Part shown: piece after piece, positions 19,146 to 29,943 of the stretch
Position numbering within the stretch: the first letter of the stretch is position 1
How the letters are laid out: every line of letters begins with the position of its first letter
IMG/VR virus record: IMGVR_UViG_3300032038_000040
Location: 1 to 64,000 of that record
Length of the DNA stretch: 64,000 bases
Strand: one strand, 5' to 3'
Source: a virus
Taxonomy: Duplodnaviria > Caudoviricetes
Translations under genes and position numbers: made by a program
Notes under the pieces: generated by a model
The model's database searches: none
Seen by the model: only the letters and a program-made list of their open reading frames with translations
What the model was told of the DNA's origin: nothing

Positions 19146-20248
19146 TGAATAGAGAAGAAACTCAAAAACTAATTAATAGTATCCCTAATAAATACATTTT
19201 ACTGCAATTACCTACAGGATTTGGGAAATCAAAAATAGCTTTAGAGAAAGCTTTCTCTCATAATCTAAATGCTAAAATATTAATAGTAATTCCAAAGATT
19301 GTATTAATAGATAATTGGAGTTGTGAATTTGAAACTTGGGGATATTCTGAAGACAATGTGACATATTCTACATATTTGTCTTTAGATAAGCATCTGAATG
19401 AGCATTTTGATACTATTATATTTGATGAAGGACACCATATTACTGAAAGATGTGCGGATTCAATAGAAAGAATGAGCTTTGATAATGTTATAATCCTGTC
19501 AGCTACTGTAAAGAAAGAAGTGATGCAGAGATTACATTATCTATTCCCTAATCTTTTTGTACATAAAGTTTCTGTAAGGAAAGCCATTGAAGAGGAAATA
19601 TTACCAGACCCTAAAGTAATATTGATTCCTATGGAACTAGATAATACAACGAAAACAGAATCATATAAGAAGAATAATATTATCTATAAAGTAACAAAAA
19701 GAGGCTATTACAATCATATTTCTTGTATTATAGACAATTTAAAAACTTTGTCTATGGGAGGAAATATGATAATGAAAAGAATGTGGCTCACAAAAGCAGG
19801 GCAAAGATTAAAATGGCTGTCTTCTCAGAAAACTCCTATTGTTGAGGAGATACTTAAGAAGCTCAGATACAAGAAAACCCTGACTTTCTGTAATAGTATA
19901 AAGCAGGCAGAGTGTCTTTGCGAATATGCTATTCACTCTAAGAATCCTCAATCTGATATGTTCTTGCTAATGTTTAACAGGAATGAAATAAGACATATTT
20001 CAAGTGTGAATATATTAGATGAGGGAGTCAATTTAAAAGGATGCCAAGTTGGTATATTTGCTAATTTGAACAGCTCTGATAGAATGATAAAACAAAGATT
20101 GGGAAGATTACTTAGGCATAAGAAACCTTATATCATAATACCTTTCTTTAAGAATACCAGAGATGAGGAAATTGTAAACAATATGCTCTTGGACTATAAT
20201 CCTGATTTGATAAGCATAATTAATTCTACAAAAGAACTTAAGTTATGA
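19145..20248 (+). CDS. Superfamily 2 (DExH) helicase
   Basis: LPTGFGKS, DEGHH, SAT, QRLGRLLR. Confidence 0.88.
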   Translation: MNREETQKLINSIPNKYILLQLPTGFGKSKIALEKAFSHNLNAKILIVIPKIVLIDNWSCEFETWGYSEDNVTYSTYLSLDKHLNEHFDTIIFDEGHHITERCADSIERMSFDNVIILSATVKKEVMQRLHYLFPNLFVHKVSVRKAIEEEILPDPKVILIPMELDNTTKTESYKKNNIIYKVTKRGYYNHISCIIDNLKTLSMGGNMIMKRMWLTKAGQRLKWLSSQKTPIVEEILKKLRYKKTLTFCNSIKQAECLCEYAIHSKNPQSDMFLLMFNRNEIRHISSVNILDEGVNLKGCQVGIFANLNSSDRMIKQRLGRLLRHKKPYIIIPFFKNTRDEEIVNNMLLDYNPDLISIINSTKELKL

Positions 20249-20841
20249 AATGGAAATTAAGAAAAGATTTATTGTTGAAAAATTCTCTGACTGAGGAAGA
20301 ATTTCTATTGCTGTATATTCTATCCAAAGACATTAGAATAAAAGACTTAATAGAATCTCTCACAAATAAGAATTTTATTCATCCTGATTTATTTGATAGT
20401 AATGGTGGAGTAGTAAGCAATCAAGTTAAGAACCTGGTGAATAGTATAATAATAAATTCTTATTCAGATATTGCATCCAAAGAAGATATTTTTACTCAAT
20501 TGGCTGTGGCAATGCAAAATTGTTATCCATCAGGAAGAAAAGCTGGAACAACGTATTCTTGGAGAGGCAGTACTAAAATAATAGCTGATAGAATAAAGAA
20601 AGTTGCTGTTAAGTTTAAAACTGAATTTACTGTTGAAGAAGTGACTATTGTAACAAAGCACTTTGTAAATGGATTTACAGATAAAACTTATATGCCACTA
20701 CTTCAATATTTTATTTGTAAAGAAGACATGAATAAGAACTTTATTTCAAGGTTCATGGAAGAAATAGAACTCTACAGAGAAAATAAAGAAAAGTATGACA
20801 ATGAGAAAAATAACTATGAATCATTTGGAGATTTAGTATGA
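20245..20841 (+). CDS. Hypothetical replication protein (loader/initiator candidate)
   Basis: 198 aa, translationally coupled to the DnaB-like gene. Confidence 0.6.
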   Translation: MKWKLRKDLLLKNSLTEEEFLLLYILSKDIRIKDLIESLTNKNFIHPDLFDSNGGVVSNQVKNLVNSIIINSYSDIASKEDIFTQLAVAMQNCYPSGRKAGTTYSWRGSTKIIADRIKKVAVKFKTEFTVEEVTIVTKHFVNGFTDKTYMPLLQYFICKEDMNKNFISRFMEEIELYRENKEKYDNEKNNYESFGDLV

Positions 20842-22049
20842 GTCTGGAGCAAAGAATAATAACCAATCTTGAGGAGAGGAGGGACAATGTTCTCAATGGA
20901 GGAATAAACTGTCTTCCCCTCCCATTTCTAAGATTCAGATCTGAACTGTCTGGAATAGAGCAAGGGCATTATTATTTAATATCGGGAGCTACCAAATCAG
21001 CTAAAACCCAGATAGCAAATTATATATTTGTGTACAATACTGTTCTGTACACATATTATAATCCTGATATTATATATCCTAAAGTATTCTATTTCCCTCT
21101 TGAAGAAACCCCGGAAAATATCACATTAAGATTTATGGCTTTCCTTATATATCATATTACAAAAGGGAAAATAAGAATAAGTCCAACAGATTTAAAGTCT
21201 ACTGATGAAAGGAAACCATTATCTAAAGAGGTATTGAATATTCTATATTCCAATGAATTTCATAATATTATGGAGCATTATGAGAATATTGTGACATTTT
21301 ATGATGACAGGAATCCTACAGGAATATGGAAAACAATGAATAACTATGCAAGAACTCATGGAGAGATACATAATAAGACTATAAAGGTGAAAGAACTTGA
21401 TGAGGTAACTGGGGAAGAGAAACTTGTAAATAGAGAGATATTTGATTATTATGTTCCAAAAGTTCCTGAAGAATATATATTTATTGTTGTGGATCACGTA
21501 AGTCTCTTGATTCCAGAAAGAAATATGGATATAAGAGAATGTATCACAAAGCTGTCTGAATATATGGTGATTCTTAGAAATAGATTTAACTATATTCCTG
21601 TAATAATTCAACAGCAATCTACTGAAACTCAGAGTCTTGATGCATTTAAACAAGGGAAAATAAGGCCTACTGTAGCTGGATTAGGAGATAGTAAATATAC
21701 TGCCAGAGACTGTGATGTGATGATAGGAATGACTAATCCCAACTCATTTGAGTTATCTTATTATTACAATTACAAGATAAATGATGGAGGTGAGGGTCTT
21801 AAAGACAATTTTAGAATGCTGGAAATAGTTCTTAACAGAGCTGGAAGTGCTAATGGATTATGCCCTGTGTTCTTTGATGGGGCAATCAACTTATTTAAAG
21901 AGCTTCCCTTACCAAAAGACAAGGAAATAGAATTATACTACAACAAAGCAGAAAGAATGAGGAAAGAGAAACCCATATCAACAAAAACTTTATTTGCATT
22001 TACTAAAAAATTAATTAATCATGTCAAATTTCGTAATTATTTTAGGTGA
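20838..22049 (+). CDS. dnaB: DnaB-like replicative helicase
   Basis: LISGATKSAKT (Walker A variant), IVVDH, IQQQ, LNRAG. Confidence 0.8.
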   Translation: MSLEQRIITNLEERRDNVLNGGINCLPLPFLRFRSELSGIEQGHYYLISGATKSAKTQIANYIFVYNTVLYTYYNPDIIYPKVFYFPLEETPENITLRFMAFLIYHITKGKIRISPTDLKSTDERKPLSKEVLNILYSNEFHNIMEHYENIVTFYDDRNPTGIWKTMNNYARTHGEIHNKTIKVKELDEVTGEEKLVNREIFDYYVPKVPEEYIFIVVDHVSLLIPERNMDIRECITKLSEYMVILRNRFNYIPVIIQQQSTETQSLDAFKQGKIRPTVAGLGDSKYTARDCDVMIGMTNPNSFELSYYYNYKINDGGEGLKDNFRMLEIVLNRAGSANGLCPVFFDGAINLFKELPLPKDKEIELYYNKAERMRKEKPISTKTLFAFTKKLINHVKFRNYFR

Positions 22050-22704
22050 ATCAGGCAGTGGAAAATCCACAAGCTTGAAAACATTAAATCCAGAAGAAAC
22101 TTGTATTCTCAATGTGCTGGGAAAAAGACTCCCTTTTAAGGGAAGTGCCTTATCCTATAATAAAGAGAACAAGAATTTATTTCAAATCTCTGATTGGAAT
22201 ACAGTAAAGACTTATCTGGAGTCTATAAGTAATAATGCTCTGCACATAAAAAATGTTGTAATTGATGATGCCATTTATATTATGCGGACAGAATTTTTCA
22301 ATCGCAGCAAAGAAAGAGGCTATGATAAATACAATGAGTTAGCTGACCATTTCAGACAAATTATTGCTACTTGTTCTTCCCTTAGAAATGATTTGAATAT
22401 CTTCATGTTATTGCACACTGAGCCAGTAGAAGTTGAAGGCAGTATTGTAGGATATAAGAATTCTTCTGTTGGAAAACTATTGGATAAATTGTATAATCCT
22501 CTTGAGAACGTGACAGTAGTTTTATTTGCTCGCCCTAAGTTCGATGATAAGGGAAATCCCACCTATGGATTCTATACTCATAAGAGGAAAATAGATGGTG
22601 TTGAATTTCCATCTAAAACTCCTGATGGTATGTTTGAGGAAGATTTCATTCCTAATGATTTAGGACTAGTAGTAAAAACAATGAAAGAATATTATGGGGA
22701 ATAA
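22021..22704 (+). CDS. AAA/P-loop ATPase (Sak4-like)
   Basis: GESGSGKST, VVIDD. Confidence 0.8.
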   Translation: MSNFVIILGESGSGKSTSLKTLNPEETCILNVLGKRLPFKGSALSYNKENKNLFQISDWNTVKTYLESISNNALHIKNVVIDDAIYIMRTEFFNRSKERGYDKYNELADHFRQIIATCSSLRNDLNIFMLLHTEPVEVEGSIVGYKNSSVGKLLDKLYNPLENVTVVLFARPKFDDKGNPTYGFYTHKRKIDGVEFPSKTPDGMFEEDFIPNDLGLVVKTMKEYYGE

Positions 22705-22741
22705 TTCCCAAAGTTTTATTTATTAATTAATAAATTTTATT

Positions 22742-23182
22742 ATGAACAAAAAAATCATTACAATCAGACAGTTTGCCAGCATTAAGCAAACAGCGAAAAT
22801 CGTAGCTCCACTTACAGTGAAGAAAGCTAAAACACAAGAGAAAATCAATGCTCTTAATGAGGAAATCAAGGAAATTAATGCTCAAATTGAAAATTGGCAG
22901 AATGGAGTAAAACTTCTTACTGGAGGATTGACATCAGAAGATTTGGTAATAAGAACTGTAGAGCCTTATCTTGATTCTGAAGGAAATCAGAAAAAGGACA
23001 AAGAAGGAAAGCCGTTGTCAGTTACCAAATATGTGCCTAACCCTGCAAATATAGAGTATAGCGAAGAGGACAAATGTTACTATATAAAGGAAACATCTCC
23101 TATTGAAGAGACTGACATCGTTGATACGGAAAATAATGTCGATGACACAGAGGCAGAATACACAGAAATTATTAACTTTTAA
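22742..23182 (+). CDS. Coiled-coil hypothetical protein
   Basis: 146-aa ORF with an acidic tail. Confidence 0.7.
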   Translation: MNKKIITIRQFASIKQTAKIVAPLTVKKAKTQEKINALNEEIKEINAQIENWQNGVKLLTGGLTSEDLVIRTVEPYLDSEGNQKKDKEGKPLSVTKYVPNPANIEYSEEDKCYYIKETSPIEETDIVDTENNVDDTEAEYTEIINF

Positions 23183-23194
23183 TTTTAAATTTTT

Positions 23195-24106
23195 ATGGCA
23201 TTTGCAAAAGGAACAGAATCTAAAGAACCTGCATCATTTCCTAAATATGTAGGTGTGGCTCCAGTATTTGTATTGGGAGTAAATCCAACAAAAGAAGAGC
23301 AAGAGAAATTTTTCGGTACTGAACTTCAGAAAGACCCAGAGTATCTTTCTACTATTGAAGTAGAAGGAAAGAATGTGGAGAATCTGAGAATCAGCTTTGT
23401 AGTAAGAACTGACCCTAAAGTTGGAGCTGAAGTGACCTCCTTCCTTACTTTCTTTCTTCAGAAAAGACCTAGAATTGGAAGCAATACAGGGAAATATCAA
23501 GTGATTGACAAATACGGAGAAACTGCTTGGGCAGTGCAAGGAGAAGATTTCACCATGGAAAATGGAAAATTCACTGTTTTGCGTATTCCACAGTACAAAG
23601 ATGGACCTGCCAATATTGATATTGACTACAGATTGGCATATGTAGGAGAAGAAGAGCTTACTTCTTTCCTCAAGAACTATCTTTGCATTCCACAGCGTAT
23701 GTCATATGTAAATAAAGTGTGGGTGCCAAATAAGAAAGTGAAACTTGAAGAATGTGAGGCAAGGCTTGTGGAAATCAGTGAATACTTTAAAGGAAACTAT
23801 AATGAGCTGAAAGGCCTTCTTAAGCTTCTGCCAAACAATAAGGTAAAAGTTTTGTTTGGAGTAAGAACTACGGATAAAGGACAATTCCAAACTATTCTGA
23901 GTGGAAAAACAGTGCGAAACAGCGTTGATAACTATGCTTCTCTGGATAAGTATGTAAAGGAAAGAAAACTTGCAGGAGCATACAAGGATATTGAGTTTCC
24001 AATAGTTGACTTTAAAGAATATACTGTAGAAGCAACTAACTTTAAATCGAATGATGCTCAGATGCCAACAACTGATGAGCTTCCTTTCGATGGTCCTGAT
24101 TGGTAA
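23195..24106 (+). CDS. ssDNA-binding protein (crAss-type)
   Basis: Acidic DELPF tail; lies between the ATPase and the primase. Confidence 0.65.
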   Translation: MAFAKGTESKEPASFPKYVGVAPVFVLGVNPTKEEQEKFFGTELQKDPEYLSTIEVEGKNVENLRISFVVRTDPKVGAEVTSFLTFFLQKRPRIGSNTGKYQVIDKYGETAWAVQGEDFTMENGKFTVLRIPQYKDGPANIDIDYRLAYVGEEELTSFLKNYLCIPQRMSYVNKVWVPNKKVKLEECEARLVEISEYFKGNYNELKGLLKLLPNNKVKVLFGVRTTDKGQFQTILSGKTVRNSVDNYASLDKYVKERKLAGAYKDIEFPIVDFKEYTVEATNFKSNDAQMPTTDELPFDGPDW

Positions 24107-25083
24107 TGTTCTCAAAAGGAAAGTCCAGTCTGACATATAAAGAAATATTGGAGAGTATGACAGAATTTGATATTCTGTCGTACTACTTCAATATTCAAAA
24201 AATTCCTGCACTTATAAATAGTCCTTTAAGAAAAGATAATAATCCATCATTTTGCTTTTATTCCCCAGATGGAAATAGTGTAAACTACATAGATTTTGCT
24301 AGTAAAGACAGGGGCTCCCTGTTGACCTTTCTTACTAAATATTGGAATTGCACATATAATGATGCTATACAAAAAATAGCTGATAATATGGGCAGCAAAG
24401 GAAACTTCGCATCATCAGGAAAAAGAACCTTGAATATAAGGAGCAACAATAGTTTAGGATGTATAAGAAGAGAATGGAAAGATTGGGATAAGGAATATTG
24501 GAACTCATACGGAATTAGCAGAAAATGGCTGGAATATGCTGAAGTATATCCAATTTCTAATATAATAATAGAGAATGGCAGCAACAAATATGTGTTCAAG
24601 GCAGATAAATATGCTTATGCATATATAGAACATAAAGAAGGCACTACAACAATGAAAATATATCAGCCACTTAATACTAGTGGACATAAATGGTATAGTT
24701 CTCATGATAGAAGTGTTATTTCTCTGTGGACAAAAGTGCCGAAGAATGCAAAAATATTATGTATTTGCTCTTCCTTAAAAGATGCTCTATGCTTATGGGC
24801 AAACACAGGAATACCGGCAATTGCTCCACAAGGAGAAGGATATGCCCTGTCAGAAACAGCTATTGGAGTATTAAAGCAGAGATTCAAAAAAATATTTATT
24901 CTTTTTGATAATGACAATGCTGGAATAAAAGATGCTGAAATTCTAGCAGAAAGTACGGGATTTACAAATATAGTCCTGCCTCAATTTGATGGAGGCAAAG
25001 ATGTGTCAGATTTCTATAAAATATTAAATAACAAAATTTTATTTAAAGAAAAAATAATAAAGTTATTCTATGAAAAGAAATGA
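24106..25083 (+). CDS. dnaG: DNA primase
   Basis: N-terminal SPLRKDNNPSF domain. TOPRIM SSLKD, FDNDNAG, KDVSD. Confidence 0.85.
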   Translation: MFSKGKSSLTYKEILESMTEFDILSYYFNIQKIPALINSPLRKDNNPSFCFYSPDGNSVNYIDFASKDRGSLLTFLTKYWNCTYNDAIQKIADNMGSKGNFASSGKRTLNIRSNNSLGCIRREWKDWDKEYWNSYGISRKWLEYAEVYPISNIIIENGSNKYVFKADKYAYAYIEHKEGTTTMKIYQPLNTSGHKWYSSHDRSVISLWTKVPKNAKILCICSSLKDALCLWANTGIPAIAPQGEGYALSETAIGVLKQRFKKIFILFDNDNAGIKDAEILAESTGFTNIVLPQFDGGKDVSDFYKILNNKILFKEKIIKLFYEKK

Positions 25084-25306
25084 TTTATATAAGTTCATTA
25101 AAGACAATGGACTTCAGGAAGAAATAAAAGAGAAATTTGGAAAAAACTATACCAATGTCTCAACAAAAGATTTAGAATCCATATGTGGAAACAGTAAAAA
25201 AGAAGAAGAGGAAGAAGAAAAAACAAATGACTTACGTCCTGCTGTAAAAGCCTTACTCAAATTCTTATATGATGTAGATAAGACTTTATTTGATGATGTT
25301 TGTTAA
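25070..25306 (+). CDS. Hypothetical protein
   Basis: 78 aa, overlapping the primase stop. Confidence 0.65.
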   Translation: MKRNDLYKFIKDNGLQEEIKEKFGKNYTNVSTKDLESICGNSKKEEEEEEKTNDLRPAVKALLKFLYDVDKTLFDDVC

Positions 25307-25311
25307 AAGAC

Positions 25312-25345
25312 AAGGGTAGGGGCAAGCCTCCTATCCTTTTTATTT
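25312..25345 (+). terminator. Intrinsic terminator
   Basis: AAGGGTAGGGG-CAAG-CCTCCTATCCTT followed by a T run. Confidence 0.65.
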
Positions 25346-25353
25346 TTTAAATT

Positions 25354-27441
25354 ATGATAGTAAATACTTCTATACAAAATTCCGAAAGTCTGGGAAATAT
25401 AGAACAAAATTCAGTAACTATAGACCCTAAGAATATTCAGCATATAATTCAAATATTATCTTCCAATCTATACTCAAATCCTATAAGGTCATTCTTAAGA
25501 GAAACAGTAAGCAATGCATATGATTCTCATGTAGAGGCACATAGTACTGAGCCTATCATTGTAACAATCACATCTGATTATGTTGCTATCAGAGATTTTG
25601 GAACTGGCATATCTCCAGAGAGATTCAAAGAAATCTATTTGTGTATAGGCAGTAGCACCAAAAGGGAATCAAACGACTATTTGGGATATTTTGGAATTGG
25701 AAGATTTTCTGCATTAGCTTGTAGCGACATAGTAAATATTACTAATTTCTATGATGGGAAAAAATATTGCTATGTAATGATAAAAGACAATAACTCTTTA
25801 AGAATAGATTCTTTAGGTACATTTGACACTGAAGAAGCTAATGGTGTAGATGTCAGGATCCCAATTTCTTATCCCTCATCTTATATAAATGAATTAGATG
25901 TGCTTGACTTCTTTCCTAATATATACATCAACACTACTTTTGAGAGTCAATTTAATTCGAGAAAGGTAACTGAGTATAAAACATTCAAATTCAGTACCTA
26001 TAATGCTTATAACTTTAATAAAAAACCTTCTCTACTAATAGGCAATGTCATGTATAATCTTGATTTGTCTTATTTTCAGTATGACAAAGGCTTTCAAGAT
26101 ATATTAAAGAGAATAAGTATACAATCAGAGATAGGAAAAGTAGATATTACTCCTAATAGAGAGCAGATAATTTACTCCAAACCCACAATAGAGTACATTC
26201 AATCCTTATTAGACAATACTATAAAAGAGATAACAGAAATAGCTGACCTTCAAAGCAGGTCTTCATATGATTCTTTATTGGAGTTAAAGAAAAACTTTAA
26301 TGTGTCATTGTCTGTTATTTTAGGTGTAGATAATGTATTTACATTGTATGGAAAATATAAAGGCGGTTATTACTACAAAAATGAATTTCACTCCATTAAG
26401 GATCTCAGAGGTCTGTTTTTGTTATTAAATAACAGTGTAAAAGTATTTTGTAATGGAGTATGCAGAAGAAAAGAACGACCAATTACTGACTTTATATCAA
26501 GAAATACCTTTAGATTGCCATATTCCTGTCCAAAAAACAGTAAGGATTTAAAAAAGTATATAAAGGAAAACTATGGTGGCTATATTGTAATTCAGAGTCC
26601 TTCATTAAAGGAAATAAAACATTGGATACAGGCATTATTGGATTATGGAGTAAAGTGGAAACTAATTAAAGATTTGTTACGGGAAGTAAACAAGAAAATT
26701 CCTGAAATAGATATTTATAATAGTGAAGAATTCAAAGAATTTAAAGCAGATTTAGCTAAAGAAAGAAAGGAGAACAAGAAAAAGAATTTTACTGGACTTT
26801 TTCCTATTTCAATAGAAACAAAGCAATACCTTCTTTATTATATGGAGGAAAGAAAGAGGACTATATATACCAAAGAAGCATTGCAAGAACTGACAAGAGG
26901 CAAGAAGATTATATGGTACTACAAGGGTTGTGAGGAAAAGAAGGAAATAGCGGAATTTTTATATGCAATGCAGAATAAAAAAATCCTGGCAATAGGAATA
27001 GCAAAGACATTGCTAAAAACATTTACTGTTCCTGAAAATTGGATTCCATATGATGAATATATTCTAAACAATAAGAAATTCTGGAAGATAGTTTCTTTCT
27101 ATGCGACTATTACTAATGTGGAAGAAAAAGCATGCTTGTTAAAAAAAGTACAACCGTATCTTAATATCAAAGAAGCAGAGACTATTGATGAATTTATGAG
27201 ATATATTAAGCATAGGCGTCCAGAATGTATGTTAATGACTAATAGAGTGATAAACAGCAGGGGAATTCATCCGGAAATAGTGAGTTTCATATCTGAATTA
27301 GAAAAGCTGATAGAAAAAATAAAAAAAGGAAATGCCTTGATAAATCTGGCTGGAATGAATGCATTGACAGCATTTGTTTGTATGAAAAAGAAATATTTTA
27401 ATATTAATTATTCAACTTATAAATCAATAAAAGAATTATGA
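25354..27441 (+). CDS. rIIA: rIIA-like protein (GHKL ATPase N-terminus)
   Basis: LYSNPIR..LRETVSNAYDSH, RDFGTGIS, STKRESN, GIGRFS, DITPNRE. Followed by an rIIB-like gene. Confidence 0.85.
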   Translation: MIVNTSIQNSESLGNIEQNSVTIDPKNIQHIIQILSSNLYSNPIRSFLRETVSNAYDSHVEAHSTEPIIVTITSDYVAIRDFGTGISPERFKEIYLCIGSSTKRESNDYLGYFGIGRFSALACSDIVNITNFYDGKKYCYVMIKDNNSLRIDSLGTFDTEEANGVDVRIPISYPSSYINELDVLDFFPNIYINTTFESQFNSRKVTEYKTFKFSTYNAYNFNKKPSLLIGNVMYNLDLSYFQYDKGFQDILKRISIQSEIGKVDITPNREQIIYSKPTIEYIQSLLDNTIKEITEIADLQSRSSYDSLLELKKNFNVSLSVILGVDNVFTLYGKYKGGYYYKNEFHSIKDLRGLFLLLNNSVKVFCNGVCRRKERPITDFISRNTFRLPYSCPKNSKDLKKYIKENYGGYIVIQSPSLKEIKHWIQALLDYGVKWKLIKDLLREVNKKIPEIDIYNSEEFKEFKADLAKERKENKKKNFTGLFPISIETKQYLLYYMEERKRTIYTKEALQELTRGKKIIWYYKGCEEKKEIAEFLYAMQNKKILAIGIAKTLLKTFTVPENWIPYDEYILNNKKFWKIVSFYATITNVEEKACLLKKVQPYLNIKEAETIDEFMRYIKHRRPECMLMTNRVINSRGIHPEIVSFISELEKLIEKIKKGNALINLAGMNALTAFVCMKKKYFNINYSTYKSIKEL

Positions 27442-28418
27442 AAGTAATTAGAATGCAAAATTTCGTTACTGTCTTACTTGATAATGGCAGTATTCTTCAA
27501 TCTCAATCATTTACAGATTCTCAGTATGAAGCATTAATGCAGTGTGCTGACGATGAAGAAGTTATTTCTTTGTTTAATCCAAGAATCAAAGAAATTAAGG
27601 AAGAAAAGAAAGAAATTGAAGATTTTCTAGAAAAAATATCACACAGCTCATTCCTTTCCTATGAGGGAGGAAGTGTATATTGGAAAGAAATATCCCACTT
27701 ATCAATTCCTGAGTCTTTGGCAAAGAAGATACTTATAGCAGAAGAAGAGAACAATGAAGTTCTTATTACTTCATACAGGAATTTTTGGACATTAATGTCT
27801 CTTAATCCAGACCCCTTATGTAGAAAGAACTTATTTAAGTTCTTGGAAAAATGGGGAATGGTAATTATGAAGTCAGGATTTTTCGTTGGTTATAGAAATG
27901 TTGATACCACACTTTATGAAGATGTCTTTACTGACCATCACTCACACTCTTTCAAGATAAAATTAGGAGAAATGGTATTTATGGACAGAAAAAAATGTGA
28001 TATGGACTCTACAGTATCTTGTAGTAGGGGGCTGCATATAGGAGGAACCTCTTGGCTTAATGCAAATTATTTTGGTGATGTGGGTATCGTATGCCTAGTG
28101 AACCCTGCTGATGTTGTTGCTGTTCCTATGAATGACGAAGAATATGGAAAATTAAGATGCTGTGCATATTTGCCTGTGAAGAAATGTGTGTTTGACAGAT
28201 ATGGTAAAGTTATTCCTGTTTACTTGGAAGATGGAATTGATGATTCAAATTTAGTTTCTGATGTTCTATATGATGGAGTATTAAATACAAACGATGTATT
28301 CAAATACCAAATCAAAATTCCTGAAATACCGGAAATTAATCCTGTGAGCATTACTGCCAATGTTCTTAATATTGCCAGACAATCAATAAAAAATGAGCAT
28401 AGAAGATTACTTCAGTGA
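27438..28418 (+). CDS. rIIB: rIIB-like protein
   Basis: GFFVGYRNV, CSRGLHIG, VNPADVVAVP, KLRCC. Confidence 0.85.
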   Translation: MKVIRMQNFVTVLLDNGSILQSQSFTDSQYEALMQCADDEEVISLFNPRIKEIKEEKKEIEDFLEKISHSSFLSYEGGSVYWKEISHLSIPESLAKKILIAEEENNEVLITSYRNFWTLMSLNPDPLCRKNLFKFLEKWGMVIMKSGFFVGYRNVDTTLYEDVFTDHHSHSFKIKLGEMVFMDRKKCDMDSTVSCSRGLHIGGTSWLNANYFGDVGIVCLVNPADVVAVPMNDEEYGKLRCCAYLPVKKCVFDRYGKVIPVYLEDGIDDSNLVSDVLYDGVLNTNDVFKYQIKIPEIPEINPVSITANVLNIARQSIKNEHRRLLQ

Positions 28419-29040
28419 TTGGTTAAAATATATTGATAAAGAAGAATTAAAGAAAGCCTTGAACAATCTCAAGGGAAGAAATATAACTCCTGGATATAAA
28501 GATATGTTCAAGGCTTTTAATTTATGTAAATACAATAATTTAAAAGCTATATTTCTAGGACAAGACCCCTACCCTCAGAAAGGAGTAGCTACAGGATTGG
28601 CATTTGCGAATAAGAAATATCCTATTTCCCCATCTTTAGAACAAATAAAAAATTCTGTAATAAATTTGGAAAATTGCTATTATAATGTTAACTTTGTACC
28701 AGATTTAGAAAGTTGGGCGAAACAAGGAATCCTCTTACTTAATTCGGCTTTAACTACAGAAGTATGGAAATCAGGAGCACATTTGAATATATGGAGATCC
28801 TTTATCAGTAAATTTATTGAAAAATTCTCTTTATATAATAATGGAACTGTGTGGGTTCTCTTTGGTAAGACAGCACAGTCTTTTACTCCATATATGATTA
28901 ATCAAGTCATACTTAAATACCCTCATCCAGCGTTTTATGTAAGAACTAACACCCAGATGCCTCCTTCTATATTTGAGGAAATATCCAAAGAAATTAAATA
29001 TTGTACTGGAACAAACATAAAATGGTTTAATTCAATTTAA
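28393..29040 (+). CDS. ung: Uracil-DNA glycosylase (family 1)
   Basis: GQDPY, GLAF, WAKQGILLLN, HPA. Confidence 0.92.
   Translation: MSIEDYFSDWLKYIDKEELKKALNNLKGRNITPGYKDMFKAFNLCKYNNLKAIFLGQDPYPQKGVATGLAFANKKYPISPSLEQIKNSVINLENCYYNVNFVPDLESWAKQGILLLNSALTTEVWKSGAHLNIWRSFISKFIEKFSLYNNGTVWVLFGKTAQSFTPYMINQVILKYPHPAFYVRTNTQMPPSIFEEISKEIKYCTGTNIKWFNSI
28665..28696 (+). promoter_or_regulatory. Intragenic sigma-A promoter
   Basis: TTTG-N20-TAACTTTG inside ung. Confidence 0.55.
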
Positions 29041-29045
29041 AGATT

Positions 29046-29501
29046 ATGAAAACATTTTTAATTAATCCTTTCACCTCAGAGGAAACACTGAGAGAATTGT
29101 CTTCTTATGTGGAAGAACTTAGAGAATACAAAAAAGAGAGAGAAAACTTTCTCATAACGGAAGCAATAAAAAATCTGAAAAACAGATGTGGATGGAACAT
29201 TTCCAAAGTAGGAACTTTTATGGCTAAGTTATATAGTTTGGATAAATACGCTTTTGAGCATATTATGCTCAAGGAAATAGAAAGGGCTCTCTACAAAGAT
29301 GCTATTGCTGACTGTGAGTCATTTTATATCCTGTCTAGAATAACTGATGATATTATTCCTATAAAGTCAAGAGGAGTAAAATTTCCTGAAAATATTGCTA
29401 GATTTATGACTGAGGAAGATGCTATCCATGCTTACAATGCTGTAAAGAGAATGGAAAAGGAGATGACTGATGAACAAGAAAATAAAAAATGCAAAAAGTA
29501 A
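29046..29501 (+). CDS. Hypothetical protein
   Basis: 151-aa ORF within the operon. Confidence 0.7.
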   Translation: MKTFLINPFTSEETLRELSSYVEELREYKKERENFLITEAIKNLKNRCGWNISKVGTFMAKLYSLDKYAFEHIMLKEIERALYKDAIADCESFYILSRITDDIIPIKSRGVKFPENIARFMTEEDAIHAYNAVKRMEKEMTDEQENKKCKK

Positions 29502-29943
29502 AGAACTCAATGGAATAAAATTTAAAAGCCTTTTAGAATTAAAAGTATATAAACTTTTAATTTCTGAAGGCTTTTTTCCAGAATATGAGAAAATAAAATT
29601 TACACTTGTAGAAGCATTCACTCCAACTGTTCCATTTTATACCAAGAATAAATTTAAAAGAAGGCATAAAGAAATAAAAGTACTATCCCAACAAGTAGTT
29701 AAGGATTCAAGAAAAATCTCAGAAATTACTTACACCCCAGATTTTTATATGGAATATAAAGGTAACAAGATAATAATTGAAGCCAAAGGAATACCCAATG
29801 ATGTATTTCCATATAAATTCAAACTTTTCAGAAAACTATTGGAATCCATGCCTGACAAAAGTAATTATCAGGTGTGGGAAATATTCAATCTAAAACAACT
29901 AAAAGAATGCATAAATCATTTAAAGATCTCTCTCTCAACATAA
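29470..29943 (+). CDS. PD-(D/E)xK endonuclease (resolvase-like)
   Basis: FKSLLE, YTPDF, IIEAKG. Confidence 0.75.
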   Translation: MNKKIKNAKSKELNGIKFKSLLELKVYKLLISEGFFPEYEKIKFTLVEAFTPTVPFYTKNKFKRRHKEIKVLSQQVVKDSRKISEITYTPDFYMEYKGNKIIIEAKGIPNDVFPYKFKLFRKLLESMPDKSNYQVWEIFNLKQLKECINHLKISLST